Assembly (NCBI GenBank): GCA_964016885.1
Contig: CAXHJY010000322.1
Coordinates: forward strand, 124,001 to 188,000
Length of the DNA: 64,000 nt
Source of the DNA: Eledone cirrhosa
Lineage: Eukaryota
Reading direction: 5' to 3'
The notes under the pieces were generated by a model, which saw only the letters and a program-made list of their open reading frames with translations, had not been told where the DNA came from and made no database searches. This document shows, in pieces, positions 53,246 to 64,000 of the stretch (position 1 is the first letter of the stretch; the number at the start of each line of letters is the position of its first letter). The position numbers and the translations under genes are program-made.

Positions 53246-54039
53246 CCTATATATATATATATATACACCCTATATATATATATATACACCCTATATATAT
53301 ATACACACACACTATATATATATATATATATACACCCTATATATATATATTCACCCTATATATATATATATATATATACACGCCATATATATATATACAT
53401 ACCCTATATTTATATATATACACACCCTATATATATATATATATATATACACCCTATATATATATATATATATATAGATACACCCTATATATATATACAC
53501 ACACCCTATATATATATACACCCTATAAATATTATATATACCCTATATATATATATATATATATGTATACACCCTATATATATATATACACCCTATATAT
53601 ATATATATATACACCTATATATATATATATATATACACCTATATATATATATATACACCCTATATATATATATACAGCCTAAATATATATATATACCCTA
53701 TATATATATATACACACCCTATATATATATATACACCCTATATATATATATACATCCTCTATATATATTTATACACACCCTATATATATATATATATACA
53801 CCCTATATATATATATATATACACCCTATATATATATATTATCAAACCCTATATATATATATACCCCTATATATATATATACACACCGTATATATATATA
53901 TACACCCTATATATATATACACACCCTATATATATATATATATACACATATATATACACCCTATATATATACACCCTATATACATATATACATACACACC
54001 CTATATATATATATATACACAACCTATATATATACATAC

Positions 54040-54074
<35 letters not shown>

Positions 54075-55079
54075 CCTACATATATATATCTACACATCCT
54101 ATATATATATATATACACCCTATAGACATATATATACACCCTATATATATATATATACACCCTATATATATATATACGCACCCTATATATATATATATAT
54201 ATATACACCCTATATATATATATACACCCTATATATATATATACACACTCTCTCTCTATATATATACACCCTATATATATATATATACACCCTATATATA
54301 TATAACCACCCTATATATATATATATATACACCCTATATATATATATATGTATACACCCTATATATATATGCAACCTATATATATATATACACCCAATAT
54401 ATATATATATATACACGCTATATATATAATTATACACACCCTATATATATATACACTGTATATATATATATATACACCCCATATATATATATACACCCTA
54501 TATATATATATACACCCTATATATATATATACACACCCTATATATATATATACACCTATATATATATACACACCCTATATATATATACACACCCTATATA
54601 TATATATATACACCCTATAAATATTATATACACCCCATATATATATATATACACGCTATATATATATATATATACACCCTATATATATATACACACCCTA
54701 TATATATATTCACACCCTATATATATATACACACCCTATATATATATATATATATACAGACGCTATATATATATACACACCCTATATATATATACACACC
54801 CTATAAATATATATATGCACCTATATATATATATATATACACACTATATATATATATACACACCCTATATATATATATACACCCTATATATATATATATA
54901 CACACCCTACATATATATATTACACACCCCTACATATATATATATACACCCCCTATATATATACACACCCTATATATAAATATATACAGAACCTATAGAT
55001 ATATATATACACACCACTATATATATAAACATACACCTATATATATACACCCTATATATATATAAATATATATATATAC

Positions 55080-55189
<110 letters not shown>

Positions 55190-55203
55190 ACACTATATAT
55201 ATT

Positions 55204-55236
<33 letters not shown>

Positions 55237-55237
55237 A

Positions 55238-55319
<82 letters not shown>

Positions 55320-55346
55320 ACACCATATATATATATATATATACAT

Positions 55347-55380
<34 letters not shown>

Positions 55381-55382
<2 letters not shown>

Positions 55383-55410
55383 AGTATGTATGTATACAGA
55401 CGTACAGTAG

Positions 55411-55469
<59 letters not shown>

Positions 55470-55714
55470 TTACAGGCACACATATATATATGCACGTATA
55501 AGTTTACCGAACATTTATTATAATGTTCGCTTTGTTCGTTTGTAAACAAACGAACAGCCTGATTTACGCCGTACAGTGTTTAGGCAACCACGTCACCTCT
55601 TTGTTCAACGCTGACACGGGAACGATGTACTAGGTTCAAGCTTGTTAGCTATCGTCAGCACCGTATACCTTTCTGCCGTACTAAGAGTGAGAAATGAAAT
55701 TTTGTTTCATTCTA
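55381..55714. repeat. Paralogue of 2538-2572 + 4843-5246 without the PLE insertion
   Basis: tatacagacgtacagtag.atg(TA)n..ggcacacatatatatatgcacg is contiguous here. Confidence 0.88.
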
Positions 55715-55718
55715 TAAC

Positions 55719-55758
<40 letters not shown>

Positions 55759-55981
55759 CCTATATATATATATATATACCCCCGATATATATATATATAT
55801 AGACCCTATATATATATATATACACACCCTATATATATATATACACCCTATATATATATACACCCTATATATATATATACACCCTATATATATATACACC
55901 CTATATATATATATAAACCCTATATATATATATATATACACACCCTATATATATATAAACACCCTATATATATATATATAA

Positions 55982-56012
<31 letters not shown>

Positions 56013-56228
56013 CCTATATATATATATATAAACCCTATATATATATATACACCGTATATAGATATATATATACACCCTATATATATATATACACCCTATA
56101 TTAATACACCCTATATATAAATATATATACACACCCTATATATATATATATATATACACACCCTATATATATATATATATACACCCTATAAATATATATA
56201 CACACCCTATATATATATATATATACAC

Positions 56229-56265
<37 letters not shown>

Positions 56266-56457
56266 CATATATATATATATATATATATATACACCGTATA
56301 TATATATTTATATACACCCTATATATATATACATACACACCTTATATTTATATATACACACCCTATATATATATATATATACACCCTACATATATATATA
56401 TGTATACTGACCATATATATATATATATATACACCCTATATATATATATATATACAC

Positions 56458-56489
<32 letters not shown>

Positions 56490-57099
56490 CTATATATATA
56501 TACACCCTATATATATATATACACCCTAAATATATATATATACCCTATATATATATATACACACCCTATATATATATATACACCCTATATATATATATAC
56601 ATCCTCTATATATATTTATACACACCCTATATATATATATATATATATATACACCCTATATATATATATATATACACCCTATATATATATATTATCAAAC
56701 CCTATATAAAATATATACCCCTATATATATATATATACACACCGTATATATATATATATACACCCTATATATATATACACACTCTATATATATATATATA
56801 CACACCCTATATATATATATATATATATATATACACCCTATATAATATATATATACACACCCTATATATATATACACACAACCTATATATATATATATAC
56901 ACCCTATATATATATATATACACCCTACATATATATATATATACACACCCTATATATATATATATATACACTCTATAGACATATATATACACCCTATATA
57001 TATATATATACACCCTATATATATATATACGCACCCTATATATATATATACACTCTATATATATATATATATATACCCCCTATAATTATATATATACAC

Positions 57100-57139
<40 letters not shown>

Positions 57140-57193
57140 CTATATATATATAAACCCTATATATATATACACCCTAAAAATATACATATATAC

Positions 57194-57238
<45 letters not shown>

Positions 57239-57649
57239 CCTATATATATATATACACCCTATATATATATACACCCTATATATATATATATACACACCCT
57301 ATATATATATATATACACCCTATATATATATATATACACCCTATATATTTATACCCACCCTATATATATATATATATACACCCTATATATATATATATGT
57401 ATACACCCTATATATATATGCAACCTTTATATATATATACACCCTATATATATATATATATATACACGCTATATATATAATTATACACACCCTATATATA
57501 TATATATATATATACACTATATATATATATATATACACCCCATATATATATATACACCCTATATATATATATACACACCATATATATATATATATATATA
57601 TACACCCTATAAATATTATATACACCCCATATATATATATATATACACG

Positions 57650-57712
<63 letters not shown>

Positions 57713-58814
57713 CTATATATATATACACACCCTATATATATATTCACAGCCTATATATATATATACACCCTATATATATACATATACACACTATATATAT
57801 ATACACACCCTATATATATATATATACACCCTATATATATATATACAGACGCGATATATATATACACACCCTATATATATATATACACACCCTATATATA
57901 TATATACACACCCTATATATATATATATATACACCCTATATATATATATATATATATACACCCTATATATATATATATATACACACCTCATATGTATATA
58001 TATACATACCCTCTATATATATATATACACCCTATATATATATACATCCTATAAATATATATATACACCCTATATATATATTTATATATATACACCCTAT
58101 ATATATATATATATACACCCTATATATATATATACACCCTAGATATATATAGATACACCCTATATATATATACACACCCTATATATATATACACACCCTA
58201 TAAATATTATATATACCCTATATATATATATATGTATACACCCTATATATATATATATACACCCTATATATATAAATATATATATACACCTATATATATA
58301 TATATATATACACCTATATATATATATATATATACACCCTATATATATATATATACACCCTAAATATATATATATACCCTATATATATATATATATACAC
58401 ACCCTATATATATATACACCCTATATATATATATATATACATCCTCTATATATATCTATACACACTCTCTCTCTCTCTCTATATATATATACACCCTATA
58501 TATATATACTCGCTATATATATATATATACACACCGTATATATATATATACATCCTATATATATATACACACCCTATATATATATATACAGACCCTATAT
58601 ATATACACCCTATATATATACACCCTGTATACATATATATATACACAACCTATATATATATATATACACACCATATATATATATATATACACCCTATATA
58701 TATATATATATACACCCTATATATATATACACACCCTATATATATATATACGCACCCTATATATATATATACACCCTATATATATATATTCCCCTTATAA
58801 ATATATATATATAG

Positions 58815-58852
<38 letters not shown>

Positions 58853-59009
58853 TATATACCCTATATATATATAATCCCTATATATATATACACCCTATAA
58901 ATATATATATATACACCCTATATATATATATACACCCTATATATATATACACACCCTATATATATATACACCCTATATATATATATACACACTCTATATA
59001 TATATATAC

Positions 59010-59052
<43 letters not shown>

Positions 59053-59168
59053 CCTATATATATATACACACCCTATATATATATATATACACCCTATATA
59101 TATATATATACACCCTATATATATATGCATCCTATATATATATATACACCCTATATATATATATACAC

Positions 59169-59203
<35 letters not shown>

Positions 59204-61664
59204 CCTATATATATATATACAGACGCTATATATATATACACAACCTATATATATATATACACACCCTATATATATATATATATATATATACACACCCTAT
59301 ATATATATATATACACCCTATATATATATACACATCCTATATATATATATACACACCCTATATATATATATACACCCTATATATATATATATATACGCAC
59401 CCTATATATATATATATACACCCTATATATATATATACACACCCTATATGTATATATACACCCTATATATATATATATACGCACCCTATATATATATATA
59501 TACACCCTATTTATATATATACACCCTAAATATATATATATATATATAGCCTATATATATATATATATACACACCTTATATATATATATACACACTATAT
59601 ATATATATACACACTATATATATATATATATACATCCAATATATATATAAATACACACCCTATATATATATATATTTGCACCCTATATATATATATAAAC
59701 ACACCCTATATATATATATAACCCCTATATATATATACACACCCTATATATATATATACACCCTATATATATATATACACCCTATATATATATATACACA
59801 CCCTATATATATATATATATATATATACCCACCCTATATATATATACACCTTATATACATATATATATACATACCCTATATATATATACACACCCTATAT
59901 ATATATACACCCTATATATATATATATACACACTATATATATATATATACACCGTATATATATGTACACCCTATAAATATATATATACATCCTATATATA
60001 TACATATATATACACCCTATATATATATATATATACATCCTCTATATATATATATACACACCCTATATATATATATTTGCACCCTATATATATATATACA
60101 CCCTATATATATATATATATACACCCTATATATATATATACACCCTATATATATATATACACCCTATATATATATACACACCCAATACATATATATATAC
60201 TCCCTATATATATATATACACACCCTATATATATATATACACCCTATATATATATATACACCCTATATATATACACACACCCTATATATATATATATACA
60301 CACCCTATATATATATATATACATACCCTATATATATATACACACCCTATATATATATATATACACCCTATATATAAAATATATATACACCCTATATATA
60401 TATATATATACACACCCTATATATATATATAAAATACACCCTATAGACATATATATACACCCTATATATATATATATACACCCTTTATATATATATATGC
60501 ACCCTATATATATATATACACCCTATATATATATATACACCCTATAAATATATATATGTACACCCTATATATATATATACCCTATATATATATATATACA
60601 CACCCTATATATATATATACACACTATAAATATTATATATACCCTATATATATATATATATGTATACACCCTATATATATACACCCTATATATATAAACC
60701 CTATATATATATACACCCTATAAATATATATATATACACCCTATATATATATATACACACCCTATATATATATATATACACACTATATATATATACACAC
60801 CCTATATATATATATATATATATACACACCTATATATATATATACACCTATATATATATATATATACACCCTATATATATATATATATACCCCCTAAATA
60901 TATATATATATATATATACCCTATATATATATATATATACACACTTATATATATATATATACACCCTATATATATATACACACCCTATATATATATATAT
61001 ATACATCCTCTCTATATATATATGCACACCCTATATATATATATTTGCACCCTATATATATATATATACACCCTATATATATATATACACCCTTTATATA
61101 TATATACACCCTATATATATATATATACACACCCTATATATATATATATATATATACTCTACACACCCTATATATATATATATATATATACACCCTATAT
61201 ATATATATATATATATACACATCCTATATATATATAAAATACACCCTATAGACATATATATATACCCTATATATATATATACACCCTATATATATATACA
61301 CCCTATATATATATATATACACCCTTTATATATATATATGCACCCTATATATATATATACACCCTATAAATATATATATATACACCCTATATATATATAT
61401 ATATATATACACACTATATATATATACACCCTATAAATATATATATATACACCCTATATATATATATATACACACCCTATATATATACACCCTATATACA
61501 TATATACACCCTATAAATATATATATATACACCCTATAAATATATATATATACACCCTATATATATATATATATATATACACACCCTATATATATATATA
61601 CACCCTATATATATACAACCTATATATATATATATATATATACACACCCTATATATATACACTC

Positions 61665-61695
<31 letters not shown>

Positions 61696-62215
61696 TATAT
61701 ATATATATATACACCCTATATATATATATATACACCCTATATATATATACACACCCTATATATATATATATATACACCTTATATATATATATATATACAA
61801 CCTATATATTTTTATATATACACCCTATATATATATATACACCCTATATATATATAAATATACACACACTATATATATATATACACCCTATATATATACA
61901 CCCTATATATATATATACACACCCTATATATATATATACACCTATATATATATACACACACTATATATATATATATATACACACCCTATATGTTTATATA
62001 TACACACCCTATAAATATATATATATACACCCTATATATATATACACACCCTATATATAAATATATACACACCCTATATATATATATATACACACTATAT
62101 ATATATATATACACCGTATATATATGTACACCCTATAAATATATATATACATCCTATATATATACATATATATACACCCTATATATATATATATATACAC
62201 CCTATATATATATAT

Positions 62216-62827
62216 ATGGTGGCTGCCAACTCGTTTTCGAGTACGGCCACTACTTTATATCCATGTAGGAGAACCCCTACCGATGCGCTGAACGAGTGTG
62301 ACTTTTTAGTCCAGCCAGCAACTTGAAAGCTCTGGTACAAACACTACACTTGTGACAATTATTGACACATAGTGCTGGGCCCATGGTACCATGTGACGAC
62401 AAGTGCAGAGAGATCTCCAGATATAAAGCAATGCCTGTGCTGTGAAGCTTTTATAGTGAGCAAAAGCACTGCACAAAGCCAGTCCCACTCTCTTAACCAA
62501 GATGATATTTACCAAAAAGAAGACCAAGTCAACATCATTGGAAACCATCAGGGTTGCAGGTGTTATATCAGAGTTTTCCTTCTCCTAGAATTCTGCCTTG
62601 ACAAAGGCTAAGGGGTCATCTCTCCCGGTGATTTTGGATGGCCATTGTCTCTTAAGAGCTCCTTTGCCCTTTGACAGGTTTTGTTTTTAGTCCTGCAGGT
62701 TGTCCAAAGTCACCCTCCCCACCAAGAAACCTTGGTGGGGTTGCCAGTTTAGTCGCCAACGACCCGACCATGGGACAGGTTGTACTGGGATACATGTTAC
62801 CAATAGCACCAACTGGTGACCTGACAT
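62216..62827 (-). mobile_element. Non-autonomous RTE-derived element, copy 4 (segmental duplicate of copy 3)
   Basis: Near-identical to 49241-49852, including flanks. Confidence 0.75.
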
Positions 62828-63000
62828 AATATATATATATATATATATATATATACACCCTATATATATATATATATACACACCCTATATATATATACAT
62901 ACACCCTATATATATATATATATAACACACTATATATATATACACCCTATATATATATACACACCCTATATATATATATACACCCTATATACATATATAC

Positions 63001-63038
<38 letters not shown>

Positions 63039-63332
63039 ACCTATATATATATATACACCCTATATATATACATACACACCATATATATATATACACACCC
63101 TATATATATATATATATACACACCCTATATATATATATATATATATACACCCTATATATATATATACACACCCTATATATATATATATATATACATCCTA
63201 TATATATATATACACCCTATATATATATATATATACACTCCATATATATATATACACCCTATATATATATACACTATATATACATATATACACACTATAA
63301 ATATATATATATACACCCTATATATATATATT

Positions 63333-64000
63333 CACACTTTCACTCACTCACTGTTTTTCTCCCTCTTCTCTTCATTTCATCCTGCACTCACGGACGCTAT
63401 TTTTTCTCTCTCTGCTCAATGGCCTTCGTTCGTGCTGGACTATTCTTTCCCTAGCGCTCATATATTCACCTAGCTTACGCTAACAGAATATTTTTTGAAG
63501 CTTGTTTCTCTCCCACGGTATGCTATCTTTTCTGTTGTTCTCCTGTCTCAGTAGCTTTACGCGTTTTAATTGTCCTAATAACTTATTTTGGTTATTATTG
63601 CACCGAAGTGAGATATATGATTTTTAATGCAATGAAATATCTATGATCTTCGGCAAATCACTGATGAGGGACGTATTTTATTACATGTTACCATGTGCTA
63701 CCTGCAGTATTATTCTCTATATTTTAATACATATATTTACCACTGCGATTCTGTGTTTTTTTCTCTCTCTCTTACTGTTCCCCCATTCTCTCTGTTTCTC
63801 CCCCTCTGTCTTGTCCGTTAACTCTTCCTCACACTTTCACTCACTCACTGTTTTTCTCCCTCTTCTCTTCATTTCATCCTGCACTCACGGACGCTATTTT
63901 TTCTCTCTCTGCTCAATGGCCTTCGTTCGTGCTGGACTGTTCTTTCCCTAGCGCTCATATATTCACCTAGCTTACGCTAACAGAATAATTTTTGAAGCTT
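63333..64000. repeat. Duplicate of the 497-bp tandem unit, running off the window end
   Basis: Near-identical to 50353-51020. Confidence 0.9.

Overview
Eukaryotic, repeat-dense DNA with no recognisable host gene. The SINE family and microsatellite load suggest an octopus-like cephalopod, which is inference only. The window is a nested cluster of retroelements, each clade bounded by its own microsatellite. (1) Two Penelope-like elements with a CxCx5Cx5C linker and GIY-YIG endonuclease abut (TA)n; one carries a minimal hammerhead ribozyme and has an empty-site paralogue in the window. (2) Seven co-oriented L1/Tx1-type APE-RT copies from several subfamilies form two head-to-tail arrays, with all 5' junctions and all six intact 3' junctions in (TATC)n. 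(3) R4/Dong-like RT-RLE elements sit in (TACA)n. (4) Four copies of a ~600-bp bipartite non-autonomous RTE derivative are present. Other features are tRNA-SINEs, a hAT-like MITE holding a 32-bp minisatellite, a 167-bp foldback, a 4.5-kb 40-bp satellite whose unit reads as RTE C2H2 zinc-finger codons, and ~18 kb of (TA)nCACCC satellite with a ~13-kb-offset duplication. All autonomous-type copies carry stops, frameshifts or truncations. Coordinates were read by eye and may be off by a few bases.
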